From Macrostomum lignano (taxonomy: Eukaryota), in NCBI GenBank assembly GCA_002269645.1, contig NIVC01002120.1, forward strand, positions 103,866 through 167,865: a stretch of DNA of 64,000 nucleotides. The letters run 5' to 3'. This document shows positions 52,026-63,070 of this stretch, one piece after another (position 1 is the stretch's first letter; the number at the start of each line of letters is the position of its first letter). A program made the translations under genes and the position numbers. Below the pieces are notes generated by a model. It was not told the DNA's origin, did no database searches, and worked only from the letters and a program-made list of their open reading frames with translations.

Positions 52026-54235
52026 AGGGTCCGGGTCTTCAGCCGCTAATGTCGCCACGTGAGTCCCAACCGGGGCGTCCTCCGGCACTGTCAGCAGAGT
52101 CGCGTCTGCTTCATCTGTCAGCCACGTCAACCTCGGCGATCGGTTGGCGGTGAGGAAGCCGTCGGGGAAGAGCTCGGCCTGCTGGGCCGCCTGCAGCTCC
52201 GCCAGGGCTCGGCGGTGGCTGCTCCGGGCCCGCCGGTTCGCATCCGCCACGGCTGACGGCGACGTCTCTCGGCTGGTGCTAGGCTGGCAGCTCCGCTGAA
52301 GGTGAACGCCGTCGCCGCTGTGGCCGCCGTCAGCACCGACGATGTGGAAGGTGATAGGCAGCGGCGGCGACTCCAGGCCGCCTTCGTCCCGCGCCACCAG
52401 CGAGAGCGTCAGCGTCAGCGGCTCCAGCAGCTGGCCAGGCGCCCGGCCGAAGGCAGCCGGGAATTGGCTCTCCAGCCGGCAGGCGAGCCGCAGCTCCCCG
52501 GAGCCGAGGGGCGACGCCAAGGCAAAGCAGCCGCGCGTCGCGTCGTCGCGAACCCGATAGGCCAGCGGGCCGGGCGGCGCGTCCAGGTCCACGGCGTCCA
52601 GCCGGCCGGTGCTGAAGCCGCCGCCGCCGACCACAACGCGGAAGGCGCAGGCGGAGAAATCAAAGCGCGGCGCGAACTCGTTGACGGGCGCCACTGAGAC
52701 GGAGTACAACGCCAGCGACTCGCGCGGGAACGGCCGGCCGTCGTCGATTGCGCGGATTCGCAGGGTGAACTCCGAAGCCTGAGTTTCGCTGTCCAGCGGT
52801 TGTCTGAGCAGCAGTCTGCGGCCCTCCAGGATGAACGGCTGAACTTGATTTTCGTCGGTTTCCATGACAACAGCCACCGAGTCGCCGTCCGGATCTACGG
52901 CATCCACATCGAGGACGACGGCGCCAACCTGCGCGGCCTCGGTGAGGACAACTGTGGTGCGGTTGTTGCGCACAACCGGCTCGAACTCGTTCAGCGGTGC
53001 GTCAGCCGCGAAGTCCTCAAAATGCGCAGCCCCCTCGACCAGCGGCGGCGCGGCAGAAGGCGCAGCTTCGTCTGGCGGCCGCAGCCTCGGGTTTGTCGGG
53101 TCCAGCAGAAAGCTGACCTCGCGCCTGGCCGCGCGGCGCCGATTCCAGGTTGAGTTGCCCGTGAGAATGACGGCCCGGACCGTCAGCGGCCCGTCTGACG
53201 GCCTCAGGTCGCGCGCCAGCGTCACATCAATAGCACCGTCGCCGGCCGCAACTGGCGCCGCGTCGAACACGGCGGAGGCCGGCCAGAGCAGCTGCACATC
53301 GGCGATGGCGACCGGACGGCGAGGCAGCAGGCGGGCGCAGACGGCGCCAGCACGACCCCAGCTGTCGATGTGGCTTGGGCTGACCACGTCAAAGTTGGGG
53401 GCGTCAGCGCCGGCCGTCGCAACGGCGACATGCACGGTTACGGCGGCGGACTGGAAGCTCAGAGAGGCGCGCGGGGAGCAGGGCTCGCGGCTGAGCCGGC
53501 GCAGGAGCACCCGGAGACGCCAGCGGCCGGGCTGGGGCCGGCCGGTCAGCAGCAGCGCCCCGGAGTGCGGCTCCAGGCCCAGCCAGTGCGGCAACGGCCG
53601 CTGCTGCGGGTCGCCCGAGAGCTCCAAGGCAAAGGCGCCGGCGGTGCTGTTGGCGTCAATCTCGTCGCCGGCTGCCTCTGGACGGCGCCCGATGTCAACC
53701 GGCACGACGCCGACAAGAATCGGCCGGCCGTCCGAGTCGGCATCGGCGTCGGCCGGGACGGTGAAGGCAAAGGTGTCGGCGAGGAGACGCGGGCATGGCG
53801 GTGGCCGGGCGCCTGGGACAGCGACACCCAGATGGTGCACACGGCGTTGCCCTGCAGCCCTGCGGCCCGGGCCACCACTGGCAGCTTCAGCTCGCCGCCG
53901 ATGCGGCCGCTGAAGGCGGCTCGATGCCGAACTCTCGCGAAAACCAAACCGCCGGCCACAATGGAGTCGACGTCAAACTGCTTGGCGAGGCCGGTGTCGG
54001 GAATGGTGAAGGCGACTCTGTTGGCCGGTGCACCGGCCGCCAGCCGCACTGGGCCATCGAGCAGCAGCAGCGGCCTCGGCGGCTTCGAGGCGTGGAGCTC
54101 TTCGTCGGCGCTGACGAAGGCGACGGCCGAGTAGGCGGGGCTGGTGAATTGAAGCTCGGCCTGTTTCGAGTTTGAGCAGCGGAGCAACGCGAGTAGCAGC
54201 AGCAGCAGCAGCAGAGGTGCTTCAGCATGTTGCAT
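52018..54235 (-). CDS. FAT: Fat-like cadherin, coding exon 1 (signal peptide + first cadherin repeats; contains a 1-nt frameshift near 53820)
   Basis: ATG at 54235 is followed by a poly-Leu signal peptide (MQHAEAPLLLLLLLLALLRC). ORFs 53546..54235 and 51039..53840 overlap in different frames. Cadherin motifs include DAVDPD, LDSE, VNEFAPRF and AEDPDPG. The Cys-containing linker (LQRSCQP...ANRSPRL) resembles the FAT1-type linker as I recall it. Donor TG|GTGTGT at 52018/52017. Confidence 0.85.
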
Positions 54236-56837
54236 TGCTTCACCTGCGTATTGTGTTGCAGATTTTGGATTTTATATTTTTTAAAAACATATTTGCATTT
54301 CAAGAAACTCAATTACGTAATTTTAATGAAGAGGAAGGCTAGTTAGATTATTGATATTAACTGTGTTGTCTTTGACGAGAGGCTTTCAGATATTTTATTT
54401 TGGCTTTAAGAAAAGTGTAAAAATAAATTGAAATTTACTGTTTTAAATACCACAAATTAAATCTAATGTAAAAACATGGCAATAGAAAAATAATTAAAGT
54501 AAATGTTTAAAAGAAAGAAATAATTAATTACATTTTGCCTTCAGTAGTTTTTAAAAGCTCTTTAGAGCATATGTGACTGTAGAAATAGAAAATTTATTTT
54601 TGGCTTATGGGTGGCAGAACATTATATTTTCTAAGTGTAGGTTAATTCATGAAAATTATCACTAGGCATTAATTAAAAACAGGGAAAGAAACCTGAAAAT
54701 TAAACTAATGATAAAGAAAAGTTTAGCCAATCATTATATAAATTATTTTTCTGATATACAGGAAGTTGATATGAATTAATTAGTATAAAAAACAAACAAG
54801 ACTTCGTATCTTTTCAAAACTTGTTAAATACAACTTACTTGTACCTCCGTAATTTCTTCATTCCATTTCATTTAATGGTCTTTAATGCATGTACGAGTCG
54901 AAAAATATAAGCGCTTCTTCGTTTGTCACTACTTTTGTGACAAAAAAGGAAAAGCTGCCGAATCGGCGAGTGCGTTAAAAAGTATTTGCTGAATAATATA
55001 ATATATCAGTCACGTTTTCTCGATTGGGATCATAATTTAAAATATTATCGTGAAGCAACATTGTTAGAAAAACAAAATAAAAAGTTAAACTGTTAAAATA
55101 ATAAAGTTGCTAGTATATATACCCTTCGCTGCAAATAGGAGTTCGAAATAAAATGCTAAACTGCCCCAAAGCTAAATTAATTTTTTGTTATCCACATTTC
55201 GTACGATTAGATAACGTTTTAGGATACAGCCATTTAGATTTTTTTCTACGTAGCTACCGAACAAATTTTGATATTTCACATATTTTAAACGCTGTACGGT
55301 TCACTCACGATTTTTTAAAAAGGAACATATATGAACGTATTTAGTTTGGACCTGTTTGGTTTCCAATCAAAGAGCATTCCTTCACTGTTACGTATTATCG
55401 ATTTTTTAGAAGTTACGATAGAAAAACGCTGATTTTTAGCGTTTTTTAGCGCGCTGATTTAATGCTCTTATAGTCTATATGATACTAATATCACAATAGA
55501 CTTTAGAAACACCAAATTCCAGATCACATGGAATACTCGTATAAACTGAACTTCACAATGCTTTGGCATAATGTACCTGCATGATTGACAGTCACTGTTC
55601 TAGAGCGTACATGTACATGTACTACTAAATGATGAGCCTGCTTTACTTCGATAGTGTGGCTGGCTGCCTCGACTGGCAAGTCCAGCGCGTACTAACCGCG
55701 GCCCTCTCTCCTCAGGTCAAGGCAAAATTAGATCGTTCATGTAGTTTATCATAAATGTAGAGGGCTTTTAATGCCCGGCGATTAATAAAAATTAACAAGC
55801 CAAAAACACGCGAAGCCATTATAGAATTATAATTAACAAATATAGACAATTTGTAAGGCAAAAACTGCCCTTAAAGGCTAAGCCAAAGTCGCAGCATATC
55901 ATGGAAGATAAAATAAAGTTTAATAAATGATTTAAATAAATATATTTATTAATAAACTCATAGGCAGTTCACAAATCGCACCAGGAATGCAAAACGCGTC
56001 AGACGAACCGAAAAAACTGGAGAGTTTTGATTAAAATAGGCAACAGTTAGCAGATTGGCATACTGGTGGATGAGCTAATCAGCGGATTTAAATAAATAAT
56101 AAAGCAGTGCAGGTTGGGAGCTGTAAAACTGTATGTAAAGCTGTAATTCAAGAACACAGCAGGACACAAGGGAAGTGATGGATCTTCAGCAGCTTCAGGC
56201 CTTGGGGAGTCTCAGTGAACTCCAATATTAATATCAGGCAGGTGTGCACAGGAAAGTGAAATATGAGCTAACGGTATTTACTTATATACTACTAAAAGTA
56301 ACAGTATGTACACAATACACAAATGTACAAGTTCAAATGTACGGAAGCCAGCAAGGTCAGCGCCAGTGTCGGACAGACAAAACAGATGTTTCTAAAAAAG
56401 CTTGTACTTAAAAAACACCCAAGGAAGCGCAGGGGCTCAAAAACTGCCTGTGCGCGCCGTGGCAGCGATGGGCAAATAAGACGGCTGTCAAGAAAGCTCA
56501 CGAATAAACAATTTTAATGAACAAAAAATAAATAAGTAGAAAACAATAAAAGTCAGCACGCGGACTGTCGTTGACATGAGCGGAGAGTTCAAAGACAAAT
56601 TTTGGCCAGCCAGAGAGCGCCTGAGGGAGAACTGCGATTCGGGAATAACGTGTGTGGGGATAAATGAACAGAGCTTGGGATAAGAGAGATTGTGCACTCA
56701 CGCACAAAATTATCAAGGTTGAACAAAATTTAAGAGTAAAAAATATACAAAACATACTACTGAACTCGATGAGGGCCAGTAATCGGGATCGACTCAACTC
56801 CAGTTTGCAAAATTTTGATAATAACAAATTAATCTAA

Positions 56838-57062
56838 TCTGGGATCGGATCAGAGCTGGGATCAGAGGTGGGATCAGGTGGGATGAGAGATGGGATCAGA
56901 GGTGGGATCAGAGGTGGGATAAGAGATGGGATCAGAGGTGGGATTAGAGGTGGGATGAGAGATGGGATCAGAGGTGGGATGAGAGCTGGGATCAGAGCTG
57001 GGATCAGAGCTGAGATCAGAGCTGGGATCAGAGAGGGGATCAGAGAGGGAATCAGAGAGGGG
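56838..57062. repeat. 12-bp repeat just 3' of the DGK stop
   Basis: GGGATCAGAGGT/GCT in tandem. Confidence 0.85.
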
Positions 57063-57083
57063 AGCAGAACTCGTGAACTGGGA

Positions 57084-58028
57084 TCATTCTTCGCTGCCGC
57101 CGCCACGATGGCAGAGCAGGCGGCGGAGGCCGGACGGCCGGGCGGGCGGTGGGGCGGCCAGCACAGCGGCCTGGCCGGCGCGGCAGATGCTGACGGTGCC
57201 AGCGGGCTGCTGCCAGGGCTCGCCGTCGATCTGCATGGCAAAGCTCCGCCTCGTGCGGATGACGATCTCCGAGCACTGCGCCAGCCTGCGGCCGGAGCTG
57301 GGGAAGCCGCCGGCCACCAGGCCAGCGTGGACGGCGCCTTTTAAAGCCACGACTTCCAGCAGGCCGTCGCCCATGTCCTGCCTGGCGAACTGGCGGTGGC
57401 CGGGCCTGTCGGACCAGAGGCTGCGGCCACCGTACACCGAGGCGATGTTCAGCACGGCGACGCCTTCAAGCGGCGGCCCGTCGGCCAGGTTCAGCACGCG
57501 GCCGTCGCAGACGATGTCTAAGTCGCGGTGGAGGTTCTTGCAGGTGGCGCCGAGCAGCTCGGAGGCGCCGATGCCGGCATAGTAGATCTTGTTCCGCAGC
57601 CGCGAGTTGAACTGCTTCGGGTGGCGCTCCCGGCTGAGGTGCCACCGGCGGGCGATGGCCGCGTCCACCCCGATGCTGAAGTAGTTGTTCACGATGCCCA
57701 CGGGCGGCCGGCCGGACTCCGCCGCCTGCTGGGCGTCCCCGCCGGCCGGCTCGGTCGAGAAGTCGATGCGCCAGCGGTCCAACCGGACGGCGGTGCCGGC
57801 GGCAACTCGCTGTAGGATGCCTTCCAACGGCTCGCCTTCGTAGCCGCCGCCCCAGCCGAGGCAGCGGGCGAGGTCGTTGCCGGTGCCCAGCGGCAGCACC
57901 GCCACAGGGGGCCGGTCGCAAGGCCAGTCGAAGGTGTCCATCGCCTCCAGCAGCCAGCCAGCGGTGCCGTCACCGCCGCAGACCAGCACGCGGAATTGCT
58001 GCAGCTGGTGAAACAGCCTGAGGCCGCG
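57084..58028 (-). CDS. DGK: Type I DGK last exon (catalytic + accessory domains, stop)
   Basis: taccag|CGC GGC; VLVCGGDGTAGW, LPLGTGNDLARCLGWGGGY, NNYFSIGVDA, QIDGEPW; TGA at 57084-57086. Confidence 0.95.
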   Translation of the reverse strand, partial: RGLRLFHQLQQFRVLVCGGDGTAGWLLEAMDTFDWPCDRPPVAVLPLGTGNDLARCLGWGGGYEGEPLEGILQRVAAGTAVRLDRWRIDFSTEPAGGDAQQAAESGRPPVGIVNNYFSIGVDAAIARRWHLSRERHPKQFNSRLRNKIYYAGIGASELLGATCKNLHRDLDIVCDGRVLNLADGPPLEGVAVLNIASVYGGRSLWSDRPGHRQFARQDMGDGLLEVVALKGAVHAGLVAGGFPSSGRRLAQCSEIVIRTRRSFAMQIDGEPWQQPAGTVSICRAGQAAVLAAPPPARPSGLRRLLCHRGGGSEE

Positions 58029-58094
58029 CTGGTAGCCATTTCGGGGAAAGGGTGGCACAATGCTGAATTGTCCCCCGATGGCGAATCCACCTTG

Positions 58095-58385
58095 TTACTA
58101 TTTTAGACCACTATCTGAGGAAAAACCATTTTCATATCGCACTTATCACAGCGAATTGTGAATCCTGTTCTATTTTTAGACCGCATACTATGGTGAATCC
58201 CGTTTGTTTTTATTTTTAGACCACACACAATATGGTAAATCCTGTTTCTATTTTTAAACCGTATACTATGGTGAATCCTGCTTGTTTCTATTTTTAGACT
58301 GCATACTATGGTGAAGCCTGTTTGTTTCTATTTTTAGACCGCATACAATGGTGAATCCCATTTGTTCCTATATTTAGACCACACA
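58095..58385. repeat. Degenerate repeat of about 40 bp in a DGK intron
   Basis: TTTTTAGACCGCATACTATGGTGAATCCTGTTTGTTTCTA, about 6-7 copies. Confidence 0.75.
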
Positions 58386-58417
58386 TAAGATTGCCTGGCA
58401 ATGCTGCAGCAGCTCAC

Positions 58418-58927
58418 CATGGGGCCGCCATCGCTGATCAGGTCGTACACCTGCCTGGGGTTCAGCAGGTAGCGCAGCCTGCGCAGCACCCGGGCACCCT
58501 GCCGGCCGCCAGATTTCGGATTGACGAAGGCCAGCACTGGCACGCAGTCGGGCGGCGGCACCAAGCGGAGGGTCAGGGAGGTCGGCCGGCCGTCCAGCAC
58601 GGCAGGATACAGGGCGCCTGGCGGCAGGAGCTGTTGGCGGAGTGGGCCGAGGTCGCAGGCCTGGTCGGCCCATTGCTCGGCGCAGCGGCCGTGCAGGCAG
58701 ACTTGGCACCAGCGGCAGCGCAGGTTGGCGAGGCTGCGGCCCAAAGTCCGGCGGCACCTGCCGCAGCGGGCGCCAGCGCAGTTGCCCTCCGTCCAGTGGT
58801 GCTGCGGCTGCTGGCAGTCCCGGTGCTGCTGAGGCCCGGACTTCGCGTAGGTGGCGATGCAGGAGGCCGGCGCCCTGACCAGGCACTTGTCGTGAACAGT
58901 GTAGCGGCACAGCATGCAGCGCAGGCC
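58418..58927 (-). CDS. DGK: Type I DGK exon (C1A end, C1B, start of catalytic domain)
   Basis: actgcag|GGC CTG; CMLCRYTVHDKC, HHWTEGNC...CRWC...HGRC, FVNPKSGGRQG; donor ATG|GTGAGC; 510 nt. Confidence 0.92.
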
Positions 58928-59135
58928 CTGCAGTTGAAATCGGCATGATAGACTTCGACTGGCATGATTATGGAGCTGCCTAATTGCGTAATTCAATAAC
59001 ATAGGTGTTGCGAATTGCATACAATACTACTGACAGTATGTACACGACTGATATTAGCATAGGCAGCAAAAATTGATTACACCTGACCTAAGGTGCAGAT
59101 GTGCAACCGACAGCTCAATTACGCAAATTGTTCCA

Positions 59136-59200
59136 GTGGCATCGGGAATCGAACCCCCGACCTTTCAGTCGTGAGCCCAACGCTTTAAACACTAGGCTAC
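59136..59200 (-). mobile_element. tRNA-derived SINE head or tRNA pseudogene (CAC anticodon-like loop)
   Basis: Minus strand GTAGCCTAGTGTTTAAAGCGTTGGGCTCACGACTGAAAGGTCGGGGGTTCGATTCCCGATGCCAC has an A-box-like TAGCCTAGTG and a B-box GGTTCGATTCC, but the stems pair poorly. Confidence 0.55.
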
Positions 59201-59233
59201 AACCCCCAGATAGCCAGCAGGCGCACAACTAAC

Positions 59234-59455
59234 CAGCTTGTTCAGGCCAGTCAGCTGCCTCTGGCACGCATTGCAGTGCCGACCCTTCACGAACCGCCGC
59301 AGCCGCCATTCGTGGCTGCTGTCATCTTTAACGCTGGCGTCCAGACCGAGCAGCGGCAGGATCGGCACTGAGGAGGCGCCGCCGCGGAGCCAGTCGGCCA
59401 GGCTGAGCCGGCCGTCACCGTCGGAGTCCAGCCGCCACATCAGGTCTGTCAGGAT
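59234..59455 (-). CDS. DGK: Type I DGK exon (EF-hand 2 + start of C1A)
   Basis: ccgcag|ATC CTG; DSDGDGRLSLADW...VKDDSSHEWRL...HCNAC; donor CTG|GTTAGT; 222 nt. Confidence 0.88.
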
Positions 59456-59524
59456 CTGCGGATGCACAGGTTGCAGAGCTTCGGACTTATAAAATAAACT
59501 GTCTCAGGTTAAATAAATAATGGC

Positions 59525-60262
59525 TGCAGGTACAGTCAGATACAGGTGAGTCAGCTGCACGTTCGGACAGGTACAGGTGAGTCAGCTGCAGGTACAGACA
59601 GATACAGGTGAGTCAGCTGCCGGTACAGACAGATACAGGTGAGTCAGCTGCAGGTACAGTCAGATACAGGTGAGTCAGCTGCAGGTACAGTCAGATACAG
59701 GTGAGTCAGCTGCAGGTACAGACAGATACAGGTGAGTCAGCTGCAGGTACAGACAGATACAGGTGAGTCAGCTGCAGGTACAGTCAGATACAGGTGAGTC
59801 AGCTGCAGGTACAGTCAGATACAGGTGAGTCAGCTGCAGGTACAGACAGATACAGGTGAGTCAGCTGCAGGTACAGACAGATACAGGTGTGTCAGCTGCA
59901 GGTACAGACAGATACAGGTGAGTCAGCTGCAGATACAGTCAGATACAGGTGAGTCAGCTGCAGGTACAGACAGATACAGGTGAGTCAGCTGCCGGTACAG
60001 ACAGATACAGGTGAGTCAGCTGCAGATACAGACAGATACAGGTGAGTCAGCTGCAGGTACAGACAGATACAGGTGAGTCAGCTGCAGGTACAGACAGATA
60101 CAGGTGAGTCAGCTGGAGATACAGACAGATACAGGTGAGTCAGCTGCAGGTACAGTCAGATACAGGTGAGTCAGCTGCAGGTACAGTCAGATACAGGTGA
60201 GTCAGCTGCAGGTACAGTCAGATACAGGTGAGTCAGCTGCAGGTACAGTCAGATACAGGTGT
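59525..60262. repeat. 31-bp minisatellite in a DGK intron
   Basis: TACAGGTGAGTCAGCTGCAGGTACAGWCAGA, about 24 copies. Confidence 0.93.
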
Positions 60263-60286
60263 GGGCGAAGGCCAGCTGTAACTCAC

Positions 60287-60557
60287 AGGCCGCAGCTCCG
60301 CAGTGTCCCAGTCCAGACTGGCTGCCACCTGCACCATCTGGCCAATGATGGCGCCAACCTCCCCAGCATCCAGATAGCCCTTGTCGCCAGTGTCGAACAG
60401 GTGAAACAGTGATTCTAGTGTCTGCTCTGGTGACTTCCCCAGCTCCAGGTTGCTAACGCAGCGGACCAGACTCAGGTCCACGCCAGCAATACCAGCATTG
60501 GGGGATGCACTGTTAGTGTGCTGTCCAGCTGACATGCTATTCACGATGGAATGCCTA
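60287..60557 (-). CDS. DGK: Type I diacylglycerol kinase exon (EF-hand 1); 5' end uncertain
   Basis: LFHLFDTGDKGYLDAGEVGAIIGQMVQVAASLDWDTAELRP matches the type I DGK EF-hand region; donor CCT|GTGAGT. Upstream is either an acceptor ctttcag| at 60558 (open frame) or an in-frame ATG at 60535. Confidence 0.8.
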
Positions 60558-61889
60558 CTGAAAGGTTATTGACCAAACCTTATTCAATGGAAATAGTTTC
60601 ATTTTTTAACGATTTTTTTACAAAATAGTTGTTCTATTAAACAACAATATGCAATATTGAATGTCATTTTTAATACAATTTTTGAAATTTGTCATTTGTC
60701 ATTTGTCAAATGAAAGAAGTGTTTTGGAAGGGTTTTGGTTAATTAAATTTAAATCAAGCTATTAGAAAAGCATTCAGTAAAGAGCAGAGTTGAATATAAC
60801 AAGGATGGTTTCTAATCTTGTACTTGGATTTCAAAGAACTCTCTTATATATGCTGTAATGATTTGTACAATCAACTTAAACTAAAATATCTATTAATTAG
60901 ATTAAATAATTTTTCTGATTATGATTTATACTTAGTTTTATTTGTGTATAGTTAATATTCCCTAACCTATATACAATGATTTGATTATATTTTGTATGTC
61001 TTAATGTTGACCTTTAATTCCACATTCTTATTGCTTTAAATTATTATTATCTCATTATTGCTTTAACAAGCTTGCACTGACATTTTAACTATTTATCTAC
61101 CTAGGTCCCTAGGCTAGGGTCATATTATAAGGATATATTAGATTTATTTATATTAATAAGTCAGTATATTTAATTAACTTTTTGACTTTGTGCTAACTTT
61201 TTCAAGATTGGCTTTTTCAAGACTACTTTAATGTGGCTTAAGTTACAAGAAGAAACTTAAAAGCCAATGCTTTTTTGAGTCAATGACAAAAACTTAAGTA
61301 CTTGCTAGATTGAATACATCATAGGGCATATGATATTATTAATTATTATATGATAGTTCTAGTAAAAGATCTTGGAAGAAAGGGCTAATGACACTATGCT
61401 CTCTTTAGTCAGCTAGGGATAATAAGTTTTGGTTATCCTTTTGCCTTTTTTTTTACCAATTTTTTGACTCAATAATAATTTAGAAAAGGCTTTGGCTTAA
61501 TATAGTATAAAGTATAAGTTTTAGTTAGAGTTAAGTAGTAGTTATAAGTAGTGGTTAGAGACTAAAAGAATTTCCCTTAAAAAACATTAATCCTAACTTT
61601 CTTCACTACCCAACTAAAATATGCATATGATGTAAAAACTGTTGTTTAGCTTCCAGGATATTTTGTCAATTGGCATTTTATTAACTAGTACTGTCAACCA
61701 GACTAAACATTATTGCAACTAGACATTTAGTTCAAGCCAAAATTATTCATTTGTCATGTTAGCCTATTACATATTAGCTATTCATCTGCACTAAATTACT
61801 AATTACATCTATATGTACAATTATAATTACTTATCTCTTAGAACTTAGTGCATCCTCCTGCATATATCACTTATTTAATATTCATACAT

Positions 61890-62043
61890 GCGCAACCTTA
61901 GGAATCACTCAACCATTTCTATTGGCAACCCATACATGTAAGTCACTATTGGCTGAGAGCAGTCACATGATTACTATTCTATCCAATAGCAACTTACATA
62001 TGTGTTGCCAATAGAAATGGCCAGGTGAATCCCTAGGTTGTGC
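61890..62043. other. Long imperfect hairpin (about 154 bp)
   Basis: CCATTTCTATTGGCAAC (61913) is perfectly inverted at 62004-62020, with imperfect pairing extending on both sides and a loop of about 30 nt. Confidence 0.7.
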
Positions 62044-62351
62044 CTAAGCATGTTAATATTTAAAGGAATGTCTAAAATATTGCACCAATATTGAAGGCAT
62101 GGTGAAACCATTTCCTATAGCTATCACAGTCCAATCTGTCATTATCATCATTGACACCCTTTCAGCAAACAGGGCATTTTGGAGCTTGCCAATGCTTACG
62201 AGGCATTGTTCAGCTGCATGATGCAACCCCAAGCCCAAGGTGCAACACTATTGAGGACCAAACATTGCTACAAAATCTACTAAGCTCTATTGGAATAAGT
62301 CTTCATTTTGCAGATGCCTATCTGGCGTGCCTGAGAAATTTGGTAGGTGCA

Positions 62352-62903
62352 GGGGGACGCTTTCATAAGACCTAAATTTCACAACGCCTAAAACCACCAC
62401 ACTTCACAACGCCTAAATTTCATATCGCCTAAATTTCACAATGCCTAAAATATTTGCACGCTCTTTCACATCGCCTAAATTTCATATTGCCTAAATTTCA
62501 CAATGCCTAAAACCGAAAATGCAGAATCCTTCACAACGCCTAAATTTCATATTGCCTAAATTTCACAACGCCTAAAATCTTTGCTTCTCTCCTTCACATT
62601 CAGTTTTAGGTGTTGTGAAATTTAGGCGATATGAAGTTTAGGCGATATGAAAGAGCATGCAGATTTTTAGGCGTTGTGAAATTTAGGCAATATGAAATTT
62701 AGGCGATATGAAATTTAGGCGATGTGAAGGAGCGTGCAGAAATTTTAGGCGTTGTGAAATTTAGGCAATGTGAAATTTAGGCGTTGTGAAGGAGGCTGCA
62801 TTTTCAATTTTAGGCGTTGTTAAATCTAGGCATTATGAAATTTAGGTGATGTGAAATCACGTGCTTTAGGCGTTGTGAAATTTAGGTCTTATGAAGCGCC
62901 CCC
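62352..62903. mobile_element. Non-autonomous foldback/MITE-like element with long sub-repeated TIRs and a 6-bp TSD (GGTGCA)
   Basis: Begins GGGGGACGCTTTCATAAGACCTAAATTTCACAACGCCTAAA and ends with the near-exact reverse complement. GGTGCA lies at 62346-62351 and 62904-62909. The arms are built of CCTAAATTTCACAACG-type subunits. Confidence 0.8.
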
Positions 62904-63070
62904 GGTGCAGGTGCCGCAAATATGTGCATGCACAGGCACACTTATAAGTGTATCTGCATGTATATATGGGTGCACATGCACATAAGAGCATAGACCATGC
63001 TAAACTTACAAAATAAAAAGGCAAATTTAGAAAACTAGAAATGTGTGTAATTCAAAGGGTTTCTAGTCAA

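Noticed and set aside
55465-55540. Short matches (AATAGACT.TAGAAA and inverted TCACATGGAATACT) to the 48-bp cassette junction, suggesting shared element ends
   Set aside because: The matches are only 15-17 bp in AT-rich DNA and cannot be distinguished from chance without a genome search.
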